A stretch of 63,579 nucleotides of DNA, counting the filler, from Octopus bimaculoides (taxonomy: Eukaryota), in NCBI RefSeq assembly GCF_001194135.2. It is 7 parts of 6 records of this genome, joined end to end, with 100 filler letters (N's around TTAATTAATTAA, not from the genome) between each part and the next. Parts side by side here need not be neighbours in the genome. Positions count along the whole stretch, not along the records: positions 1 to 17,997 come from NC_069010.1; positions 18,098 to 27,243 come from NC_069000.1; 5 more parts are not named here. One strand, written 5' to 3'. The translations under genes and the position numbers were made by a program. Positions 11,991 through 23,193 of this stretch are shown here, piece by piece; position 1 is the stretch's first letter; every line of letters starts with the position of its first letter. Below the pieces are notes generated by a model. The model did not search any database. It saw only the letters and a program-made list of their open reading frames with translations, and had not been told where the DNA came from.

Positions 11991-13289
11991 CTGGCCTTGA
12001 TACAGTCTTTGAAAGAATCAGAAATCTGAAACAGAGATATTAAAACAAAATATACCCTGAAAGCCTTCTCGGCTTGCTACGAAACGATTGTCACAGAGAA
12101 GACACAGATGAGGGGCAATAATATCGGCTCAAACCTGTCGAACTGAAAATGAAACCTAAATGACACAGGACAGGTTGGAGGCCCCATTCAGCTCCCTCCA
12201 AATTAAATAAAGCGTCAAGCTGTGTATATAAATATAATAATAATGAAATTATTGTATCCAGTGCTCAGGTGCACAACAACTGCTTAGGTACGCTAGTTTA
12301 ATATAAAGCAACTGTGATGTACCGAACGATCATATTTAATGTATGGATTCTGTCTTGTGGTGGTTAGTGTAATGGTCAATATGTCTTAAATTTCAGTAAT
12401 TATTTGTCTCTCTTAACTGAGATTTCCAGAATATTCGTCGGTCATTAACGAAGGGTTCGGTCCCACTGTTGAACCGCGGGCGGAGACCAAGACGTTTGCT
12501 TCTGAGTTATCTCCCCTACACTGTAATTATGCTTATGTCGTCCCGTTTGATGTCTTCACCCGCGATCAGCATTGATCGATAACAGACGATTGGTTGTGCT
12601 GTTATTGTTGGATGCTGCTGCGATCAGAATTCAGGACCATATCATCATACGCCGTGTGCTTTATATATAAATTGCCAGGCTGTGTGCGTGTGTGTGTATG
12701 TGATTTGAGGGAGATTTGGCTGCTATTTCTAGCAGATTGAGTGTCCCTCTAGAGCAGTGCTCCGCAACCGGTATGTAGCGGCACATTGGTGTGCCGCAGT
12801 GTAACCTGAATGTGGTGGAAATAGAGGTAACTCGAATGTGGAATCTAAAAACAGAAACAATTCCTATCATAGTAGGTAGGTGCCTTCGGTATGACGACGA
12901 CAATGCTGATGATGATGATGATGATGACAACAACAGCACTGAATCAAGCAATGTAAGCAGAAGTGATTGTCATAATATCTTTAGGAATTTTTTGCAGATA
13001 AAAAATAATGAAATCTAGAAAAAAAAAACGTCAAAATCATTAACCGATTAAAGTTATCATTTACTTCGTCTAATAATTATCTTGTTATCTGTTCATATTT
13101 TTGGTGCAGAGGGAATAAAGAATTTAAGAATGCTTACGAGTGACCCTATCCAGATAGACAGAGATAAGCAATCGTATTCGTTTATATCTGATATCATATT
13201 TTTGTTTTAAAGATGGAAAAATTTAAAAATCTGGAAATTTCTTTGTTGAGACGACTTGATTTTTTAAAAATTAATTTGTTGAGAAATTT

Positions 13290-13621
13290 TTTAGGTTTGC
13301 TTGGAACCTTTGTTTATGGAAGATGGGGCTCCTTGTCACGTGGCTAATATTACCCAAGATTTGTTAGATGAGAATGGTATTAAAAAGCTTCCATGGTCAA
13401 GCCAATCACCAGATATAAATTCTATTGAACACCTCTGGGGCATCATGGACAGGACACTTCATAAAAAGAACAAAAAAGCATCTTCAAAGCCAGATCTTTT
13501 GAGATTATTGCATGAAACTTGGCAAGACATTCTGCAAGAGAATATTTACCATCTGATCAGTGGCATGACATATAGGATCTTTGCATTGAAAAATGCAAAG
13601 GGCATATCTACTAAACATTAA
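13290..13621 (+). pseudogene. Tc1 (DD34E) transposase C-terminal fragment
   Basis: FMEDGAPCH...LPWSSQSPDINSIEHLWG...KGISTKH*, the canonical Tc1 WP.QSPDLNPIE.LW motif. Confidence 0.9.
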
Positions 13622-13744
13622 ATATTCACACTATAACAATTAATAGATAATTTGAATGTGTAATTTCAGATTTAAATAAATTCTAACGATTATAAGGGTG
13701 TCTGTTTACTTCATGTTTGTGTAGAAATATATATATATATATGT

Positions 13745-14096
13745 GTATATATGGGGCAAGCGAAAGCGAAATCAGGATAGCACCTGTGCCCAGCGTCGCC
13801 TTCCTGGCACTTGTGCCCGTGACATGTGTAAGGATTTTCGAGCGAGATCGTTGCCAGTGCCCCTGGACTGGCTCTTGTGCGGGTGGCACATAAAATACAC
13901 CATTTTGCGCGTGGCCGTTGCCAGTACCGCCTGACTGGCCTTCGNNNNNNNNNNTTAGGGAGGGCATCCAGCTGTAGAAACTCTGCCAAATCAGATTGGA
14001 GCCTGGTGTAGCCATCTGGTTTCACCAGTCCTCAGTCAAATCTTCCAACCCATGCTAGCATGGAAAGCAGACGTTAAACGATGATGATGATGATGA
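13745..14096 (+). mobile_element. (GAT)n-tailed retroelement 3' end
   Basis: Reverse-complement homologue of 11696-11990; ends gcagacgttaaacgatgatgatgat. Confidence 0.75.
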
Positions 14097-14388
14097 TAAA
14101 TATATAGTTTTAGAGAAAAGAACCAAAGATATATACATTCTTTTATTATTATTATTGTTGTATTTTGACCTGAAAATTAGCTATATTTTTGAATAGAATT
14201 GATTTTCTATCGATTTCATCAATTTGAATATATTTTATTTTCTATTTGAAAACTTGGTTATGAAACACGTTTAGTTGTTTTATTATCATTATCGTATGAT
14301 TTTTACATTGTATTATATTATACTCTTTTACTCTTTCTTTTGAAGATGGTGATGACGATGGTGGCGACGACAATGACGACGACGATGC

Positions 14389-14420
<32 letters not shown>

Positions 14421-14600
14421 CTGTGGCCATGCTGGAGCACCGCCTTTAGTCGAAGAGATCGACCCCAGGACTTATTCTCTGTAAGCATAGTACTTATTCT
14501 ATCAGTCTCTTTGTCCGAACCGCTAAGTTACGGGAACATAAAAACACCAGCATCTGTTGTCAAGCGATGTTGGAGGGACAAACACAAACACCAAACACAT

Positions 14601-14635
<35 letters not shown>

Positions 14636-14829
14636 TCTATATATATATATATATATATACATATATACGATGGTCTTCTTACAGTTTCTGTCTACCAAAT
14701 CCACTCACAAGGCTTTGGTCAGCCCGAGGCTATAGTAGAAGACACTTGCCCAAGGTGCCATGCAGTGGGACTGAACCCGGAACCATGTGGCTGGTAAGCA
14801 AGCTACTTACCACACAGCCACTCCTGCAC
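14421..14829 (-). mobile_element. Family B SINE with internal (CA)/(TA) array
   Basis: Both halves are present around a microsatellite at about 14590-14668. Confidence 0.85.
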
Positions 14830-15291
14830 CTACTGTGAAACTTAATTTAATTTTAATTTTTTGATAAATTAAATTAAATTGTGTTTTTACCTGTAAATTT
14901 GGATTTTTATCCCTAATATTATTATATATGTGTATATATATATATATTTATTTAATGAGTGGTCTGTGTGTATGAGTGTGTGTTATGAGTGGTCTTTATT
15001 TGCGTATATGTGTATACATGTGTGTGTGATTGTGTATGCGCATGTGTGTGTGTGTGTCTATGCAAGTACTTGATCACGTCATTCAACATTGATAAAGAGA
15101 GTGAGGGCAGGAATATAGATATAGGGGGGAAGGCTGTACCAAAACCGCAGGTAAATTGCATCAAGGGTCACGTGACACTGCACTTCAAAACAGGCGGGAA
15201 AATAAGAGCGGGGAGGAAAGGCCTATGCGACAGCATGCAACAGGTGGTCGTTTAGACAGGTAGGTGAGTTGTTTAGATAGATGGACAGTGG

Positions 15292-15328
<37 letters not shown>

Positions 15329-16332
15329 TAGGTAGATAGATAGATAGAGAGAGAGAGAGATAGGTAGATAGAAAGATTGATTAATAGATAGATAGGTAGA
15401 TAAATGGATAGACAGATACGTGTGTGTGTGTGTGTGTGTGTGTACAAAGAAAACTAGATAAATATATTTATAGNNNNNNNNNNNNNNNNNNNNNNNNNNN
15501 NNNNNNNNNNNNNNNNNNNNNNNNNNNNNNNNNNNNNNNNNNNNNNNNNNNNNNNNNNNNNNNNNNNNNNNNNNNNNNNNNNNNNNNNNNNNNNNNNNNN
15601 NNNNNNNNNNNNNNNNNNNNNNNNNNNNNNNNNNNNNNNNNNNNNNNNNNNNNNNNNNNNNNNNNNNNNNNNNNNNNNNNNNNNNNNNNNNNNNNNNNNN
15701 NNNNNNNNNNNNNNNNNNNNNNNNNNNNNNNNNNNNNNNNNNNNNNNNNNNNNNNNNNNNNNNNNNNNNNNNNNNNNNNNNNNNNNNNNNNNNNNNNNNN
15801 NNNNNNNNNNNNNNNNNNNNNNNNNNNNNNNNNNNNNNNNNNNNNNNNNNNNNNNNNNNNNNNNNNGGTGGTGTACATATATATATATATATATATATAG
15901 ATATATAGATATAGATATATAGATATATATATATATATATACACCACCACCATCACAAGGCTTTGATCAGTGATCAGCCTGAGTATATAGTAGAAGACAT
16001 TTACTCAAGTTGCCATTCAGTGGGACTAAACCCTGAACCATGTGGTTGGGAAGCAAGCTTTTTACCACACAGGCACACTTGTACCTATCTACATATATAT
16101 ATATATATTGTTCTTTATTCTTTTATAGGCTTCAGCCCTAAGGTTGTGGCCATGCTAAACCACTACCAGTGTAATTACCTTATCACTGGCCAATCGTAAG
16201 TGATTGGCCTTTGATGAAGGAGGTACAGATATATATATATATATATATATATATCTGTCTGATATCTATCAATGTATGTATGTATGTGTGTGTCTATATA
16301 TATATATATGTGTGTGTGTGTATGTATGCATG

Positions 16333-16370
<38 letters not shown>

Positions 16371-17755
16371 ACACATTTAAGGACATACACGCATGCTCTC
16401 ACACATAGATATCTGCATGTAAGTGTTCATACACACACACAGATGTGTGTGTGTATGCGTCTATGTATGTTCGCACGCAATCTATCAGTTTTAGGGTAGC
16501 AAAAAGATTAGCAGGCGAAAGAAAATTTTTTAAAAAAATTAATAAACTAATAAATAAATAAGTACAAAATACAATGAATGAATAACACAAACAACAATAA
16601 CAATAGTTATAGAAGCCACAATCTTCGGTGACCCACTCTTGGTGTATAAAACACGGATAGAGAGCAATACCCGTACTAGGTGTCTCTGTAACAATACTGT
16701 GTTTATTTGACAGTTTGAAGAAAAGCGGGCTAACAGCTAAACTTAAAACCTGCCTTTGTAATACCTATACATACATAACTATATATATATATATATTCAT
16801 TCATATATATATATATATATATGAGTGTACAAATACACATTCATTTTTAATAAAGTCATATGGTGCAAAACTTTTTTCAGGAAATAAAGTAAGAAGAAGA
16901 TGGGCTGTTTCTGGCTGCTATTTCTAGGATCAAATAACTCCCTGTCAACTGTAAAGCTACGGAATGGACAAAAACCAAAGAGGTATGGTTTCTTTCCCAT
17001 GTTATCATTATTCATTATTCCTTATTCATTATTATTATTATTATTATTGTTGTTATTTTAACTTTTTACACTCCATGTTCAAATTTCCAGCCAAGTCGAC
17101 TTAGCTTTTCGTCCTTCCGGGGGTCGATAAAATGAGTACCAGTCATGCGCTGGGTGTCGATGTAATTGGCATAACCCTTCCCATGAAATTTGCTGGCCTT
17201 GTGCCAAAATTGAAACCATTATTATTATTATTATTTCAAATCTTTACGTTCTGAGTTCAAATTCTGTTGAGGTCGACTTTGCCTTTCAACCTTTCAGGGT
17301 CAATTAAATAAGTACCAGTCGAGCACTGGGGTTGATGTAATAGACTAGCCCCTTCCCTCAAAATTTCAGCCCCTGTGCCTTTAGCAGAAAGGATTATTAT
17401 TAATATTATTTTCTTTTTGTCAGGGTTTATTTTCTGTTTTCCTATTTTCTGTTGGGTATATTCATCTGGGTACCCCACCCTCAGTTATGCGGAGGGTGGG
17501 GTACCTCAGGGGTATCGGTAATTACCCTGTTATTTACTCTTTACTCTTTTATTTATTTCACTCTTTTGACTGCGGCCATGCTGGAGCACCGCCTTTAGTC
17601 AAAACAAATCGATCCCAGAACTTATTCTTTGTAAGCCTAGTAACTTATTCTATCGGTCTCTTTTGCTATCCCTAAGTTACAGGGACATAAACACACCAAC
17701 ATCGGTTGTCAAGCGATGGTGGGTGGGGAACAAACACAGACACACAGACATATAC

Positions 17756-17786
<31 letters not shown>

Positions 17787-18041
17787 CAAGAATAAGGGCA
17801 GGGAATCATCAATTAATAATAGAATTAATAATTAACAATTTTGCCAAGTAGTTCAGTATGAAAAAACCTTTATCGGTAAAACCATTTATCATCATAAATA
17901 TACAGGGATTAGCATTGAGTTGCTTCTCCAACATACTGAAAATTTAGAAATAGCAGTCAAAGAACTACTGATTCTAAACTACAAATTTTCCTCTAAANNN
18001 NNNNNNNNNNNNNNNNNNNNNNNNNNNNNNNNNNNNNNNNN

Positions 18042-18053
18042 TTAATTAATTAA
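18042..18053. other. Artificial scaffolding linker TTAATTAATTAA (also 27288-27299, 29675-29686, 34512-34523, 59992-60003, 61555-61566)
   Basis: Each instance sits in the centre of exactly 44 N + 12 nt + 44 N = 100 bp and has stop codons in all six frames. Confidence 0.97.
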
Positions 18054-18097
18054 NNNNNNNNNNNNNNNNNNNNNNNNNNNNNNNNNNNNNNNNNNNN

Positions 18098-18328
18098 ACA
18101 ACAGAAAAAAGATGGTATAAACACACGCCAAATACATAACAAAAATAGCAGGACTTACAAATATATATAACATACAGAAAATTGCTCTACTGGGTACTGC
18201 ACACATTCTACGCAAAACACTTTCAATACAGTAAACATAAGAGCACCACAGCAAACCACAGCACATACCCAAGGCGCACAGAGCTGCACTCGGTAGTGAA
18301 GTGAAAGCACGTTATAAAAATAAAACTA

Positions 18329-18363
<35 letters not shown>

Positions 18364-18385
18364 CAACAACGACAATAAAAATAAT
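18098..18385 (+). mobile_element. R4/Dong-type non-LTR retrotransposon 3' end with (AAT)n tail
   Basis: TEKRWYKHTP is joined to ...NIYNIQKIALLGTAHILRKTLSIQ*, followed by a 3' UTR and (AAT)n. GTAHILRK is the typical C-terminus of REL-endonuclease R4-clade elements. Confidence 0.8.
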
Positions 18386-18565
18386 AATGGTTTCAAATTT
18401 TGCCTCAAGGGCAGCAATATTGTGGGAGGGACGAGTCGATTACATCGACCGCAGTGTTTAACAGATAGTTAATTTATCGACTCAAAAAGGATGAAGGGCG
18501 TAGTCCATCTCGGCGGAATTTGAACTTAATATACAAAGTAATCAAACATACATATCTATACACAA

Positions 18566-18655
18566 TCTGAGGACAGTGCATTCTGAGGACAGTGCATTCT
18601 GAGGACAGTGCAATCTGAGGACAGTGCAATCTAAGGACAGTGCAATCTGAGGACA
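18566..18655. repeat. 16-bp minisatellite (tctgaggacagtgcaw) x5.6
   Basis: Read directly; units start at 18566, 18582, 18598, 18614, 18630 and 18646. Confidence 0.95.
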
Positions 18656-18659
18656 TGTA

Positions 18660-19271
18660 CTGAGAGTGACAAAATATGAAATATTTAGTCAGCATCATAG
18701 TGTTTGGACTGATCACTAGTGATGGCGATGTTATGCCACCATTCTTCTCTCTTATACTACCTCACACTCAACCAGGAGGTCTACATCAACTGCCTGGAGG
18801 AGATAGTGCTGCCCTGGGTCAAGAGGGCGGCTGCTGGAAGGCCCTATGTCTGGAAACAAGACTCTACACCATGCCACACGAGCTGGAAAACACAGATACA
18901 GCTATTTGACAATTTCTGCGACCACATCAACCCTAACATCTGGCCACCTAACTCCCCAGACTGCTTGATTATTATGTGTGGGGTACAGTTGCACGAGAGA
19001 CCAATGAAGCTCCTTGTAACACCAAAGATGACCTGAAAGCAAGGTTTATGGCAGCATTCACCAACTTAAACAAGGACACCTTCCAGAAGATTTTCAGGAG
19101 GTTCCGAAGTCGTCTGGTGACTGTGGTTGAATGGCAATTTTATTGAATGAATTTACTCTACAGTATTTGAAGATATTTTTGTTATTTCGGTAAATATATG
19201 TGTTAAAATGAGATGGCAGTGTTATTTTCATTTTTGCGTTATTTAGACAACAGATTATTCACCGCACCTTG
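18660..19271 (+). pseudogene. 5'-truncated DD37D/maT-like Tc1-mariner transposon
   Basis: VFGLITSDGDVMPPF, LEEIVLPWVKRAAAGRPYVWKQDSTPCHTS, WPPNSPDC-LDYYVWG, NTKDDLKA; the right end is followed by TA. Confidence 0.8.
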
Positions 19272-19621
19272 TACGTTTACATTTGTATGCATGTATGTGT
19301 GCGTGTGCGCGCGCCGTCATGTGCCTGTGTATGTATGAATACTTACGGATGTAACTCGTAGGGGTGGTAGTAGTAGTAGAAAGTGCAGTAACAATGGATG
19401 TTGTGAGCTAAAGAGGCTATATATTTCACTGAAAAAAAAAAGACGAGAATATTAAATATCAAAGAAAGTTTGAACTATCTGATTACATGTATATGTTAAT
19501 AGTAGAGGAAGCCACGTTGCATTTTAGAACTGATACAACGAAATAGGCGTGCGCGTGTGTGCTGTATGCGTAAATGCACTTGGACGTATACACATGTATA
19601 AATGCTTATACAGATATATTA

Positions 19622-19871
19622 GTAGTTGTATGCTGACAACTTAATGTGACAATCCTCTGAAGAGAATAATACTACTGTTAATTAGACATAGGAAGCTGCA
19701 CCGCTCCTGTCGGCCTTGGCACATTTCATGTGTCTTTATGTTTACAAGGAGGAGACAAGCACAGGAAATGTGTCAAGGCCGACAGGAAGCGGTGCAGCTT
19801 CCTAGGTTTAACCAACAATAGTATTATTCCCTTCAGGGGACTGTCACATTAAGTTGACAGCATACGACTAC
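19622..19871. mobile_element. Fold-back MITE, ~105-bp inverted arms, TA target duplication
   Basis: gtagttgtatgctgacaacttaatgtgaca...ggcacatttc pairs with gaaatgtgtc...tgtcacattaagttgacagcatacgactac; TA at 19620-19621 and 19872-19873. Confidence 0.85.
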
Positions 19872-20584
19872 TACATCGTATCACTATTGTTTAAATCTCT
19901 TTGAGAGATTTAGAAATGTATTATTTCTAAATATATGTATTAGATATACTTATAAATGCATATATGCGTGTATATGTATGATTCCTATGCATGATGTATG
20001 TATGTACGTACGTATATTCTGGAAGATCACATGTTCAAAAGGAAGCTATGTCCAGCTACTTAGAATAAAGTATTCAAATATGCCTTAGAGTGAATAAAAT
20101 GATAACTGTAGACTATATTTACCCCCCACCCCAATGGACAGGAGACCTTTCTGTCGCAGAATTCCGCATTTTTGTCGTCTCAACTGACCGGAGCAACAGA
20201 AAATGATTAGTTTTGCTCAGGTATACAAAGCATCACCTAGTTCGGGAATCGAACTCAAACTTTTACGATCATGTGGGCAACACCATAAGCAATAACTAAG
20301 ATATGCACCCACATGCACAAACAGAAATACACACACATACAGAGACATACACATACACACATATACATACTTACATGAATACATGCTTGCTTAAATACAT
20401 ATACGTACATATATGTGTGTGAGTGTGTGTGTATATATATAACAGCGTTCGAGACATACACACTTCACGTCTGGCTGTACAGCCTTTTTGTTTGTTTATT
20501 TCACCGTTTCGTTTTCCTGTCTTGTTTTCCGTCCGCCACTATCCTCCACGAAATAATTTAATTTGTGTTCGTGGGAAGAACCAT

Positions 20585-20808
20585 TTAAACGATGCGTACT
20601 GCCTTAATTCTTCGAAACGCCGGTGTTTTAATGGTGGCAGCTGATGAAGGGGATGTTTCTATGTGGCCTGCTTGTTTGTTGCACCTTGTTTACCATTTTT
20701 GTCCTTGTTCTTTTGCCACGTCATGTACCCAGTTATGTATCTATATGTACATGTGGATGAACGTATATACATACATGTACATATATATGCATATACCCAT
20801 ATATTGTT

Positions 20809-20815
<7 letters not shown>
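20585..20815 (+). mobile_element. Interspersed ~200-bp repeat with hammerhead-like motifs (possible Penelope-like terminus)
   Basis: Homologous to 32012-32215. Carries GAAAC (20614-20618) and CTGATGA (20641-20647) and ends in TA/TG microsatellite. The family assignment is inferred. Confidence 0.55.
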
Positions 20816-20848
<33 letters not shown>

Positions 20849-20852
<4 letters not shown>

Positions 20853-21740
20853 AGGTCTGATCAATAAGTATCCGGACGGTTGTCATAGTAACGAAGCTAA
20901 AGCATGCAGAGTGAAACTGCTTGGCACAGACTGACCTTGACTTCCGCTGTGCATATGCTCTAAGCTTTGACGTGTTAGCTTACTTTCCCTCTTTACAGCA
21001 GTGTTTCGAAATCATGTATGTAACGTGTGATCGTCGCGTTGACCATGACAGAAAATGTTATCATGGCGATACCTGCTCAGAGGCATTCGCAAAGTTGCAG
21101 AAAGTATATGGAGTGGAGTGTATGCGACGCACACAAGTAAACGAGTGATTTAGACCTTTCCAAGATGGTCGATAGTGATGAACGTCGTGGGAAACCTGCA
21201 GCCAGCGGAACTGAGAAAGACATTGCACATATGCGTGCAGCTGTGAGGGGAAATCGTTGAATCGTCACCCATGATTTATCAGAGAATGTGCTGATTAATT
21301 ATGGCTCCATTCATTCCATTATCACTGAAGATTTGAGCATGAGATGTCTGTCTGCTAAGTTTCAACCAAACGCTCCTTCACCAGACCAGAAAGACACACG
21401 GATTTCAGTTGCACAAGATCTCTTTCATTGTGCCGAGTTCAATGAAAACGTTTTGAAAACTTTGTGTAGGCCTCTGAGCGGGTATCACCAAGAGTTTGAC
21501 AAAATTTGATGCAGATTCTCTGTTCAACTTTCTCTGCCATGGTCAATGCGACGATCACACGTTGCACATGTTATTTCCAAGTACTCGTGTAAACAGTATA
21601 AGTAAGGTTGAACGTTAAAACTTAGTGCGCATGCACAGCAGAGTTAAAAGGTCGATCCGTGCCAAGCGGTTTTACTCTGTGTGCTTTGCTTTGACGCCGC
21701 TACTAAGGCAACAGTCAGGATACTTATTGATCAGATCACG
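20849..21740 (+). mobile_element. Internally deleted mariner element with both TIRs
   Basis: TIRs ggtctgatcaataagtatccgga / tcaggatacttattgatcagatc. HTH-region peptides FAKLQKVYGVECMRRTQV and SIHSIITEDLSMRCLSAKF. Confidence 0.85.
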
Positions 21741-22693
21741 TATATATGTTTATATATGTGTCTGGGTGTATAGTGAGATGATGGGTATGATATTCAGCCG
21801 GGTACCGAAATTCTCTGTATAAATACACGTTTGAATGATTAAATTCCGCCGTCTCCTTCTTATTAATATTGTATTACACACGCGCGCGCGCGCGCACACA
21901 CACACACACACACACAAGACCGAAGCATCGTAGTCACTGTCACCGTTTTACTTCTAAAATTTTAATAAACACTCTACAAAAAAGTATTGAATAATCCTTC
22001 AGCTTCATGTTACATTGATTTTATGTATAGCTTGACATTTAACATACATCAAGATACTTAAATTGTACTACAGTACATCTATATCTATCTACCTATCTAT
22101 CTCTCTCTCTCTCTCTCTCTCGCTATATATATANNNNNNNNNNNNNNNNNNNNNNNNNNNNNNNNNNNNNNNNNNNNNNNNNNNNNNNNNNNNNNNNNNN
22201 NNNNNNNNNNNNNNNNNNNNNNNNNNNNNNNNNNNNNNNNNNNNNNNNNNNNNNNNNNNNNNNNNNNNNNNNNNNNNNNNNNNNNNNNNNNNNNNNNNNN
22301 NNNNNNNNNNNNNNNNNNNNNNNNNNNNNNNNNNNNNNNNNNNNNNNNNNNNNNNNNNNNNNNNNNNNNNNNNNNNNNNNNNNNNNNNNNNNNNNNNNNN
22401 NNNNNNNNNNNNNNNNNNNNNNNNNNNNNNNNNNNNNNNNNNNNNNNNNNNNNNNNNNNNNNNNNNNNNNNNNNNNNNNNNNNNNNNNNNNNNNNNNNNN
22501 NNNNNNNNNNNNNNNNNNNNNNNNNNNNNNNNNNNNNNNNNNNNNNNNNNNNNNNNNNNNNNNNNNNNNNNNNNNNNNNNNNNNNNNNNNNNNNNNNNNN
22601 NNNNNNNNNNNNNNNNNNNNNNNNNNNNNNNNNNNNNNNNNNNNNNNNNNNNTATATAAATGTATGTATATAATTTGTGTATCTCTCTCTCTT

Positions 22694-22742
<49 letters not shown>

Positions 22743-23133
22743 CTGTCTGTCTGTCTGTATGTATGTATGTATTTATAGATATATGAACATGAAGTTTCTA
22801 AGAGTACCTAAGTTGACACCCTAGTATATAAAGAAACGTGCAACCAGGCTCACACATAAGGTGCACCTAAACACTCTTAAATGGTTAGCCACATATAATT
22901 CTTTCGTGATCTTCACGCATATATGCAATACGCGTCAATATTTATGAGACGCTGATATTTACATGAAGACCTCAATAGTCAGCTAGAGCTGTGTAGGTGT
23001 GTGTGTGTGTCTTAGTATTTATAAGTGCGTGTATATACGTCTATGTGAATACACACATATGTACACAAACCAAAGGCACAGAAATGAACGCACGCATGCG
23101 TACACATGTACACATACGCTCACACTCCCCCAC

Positions 23134-23193
<60 letters not shown>

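Noticed and set aside
18042-18053. TTAATTAATTAA (PacI-like) as a biological motif
   Set aside because: It is always centred in 44N+44N, so it is an assembly linker.
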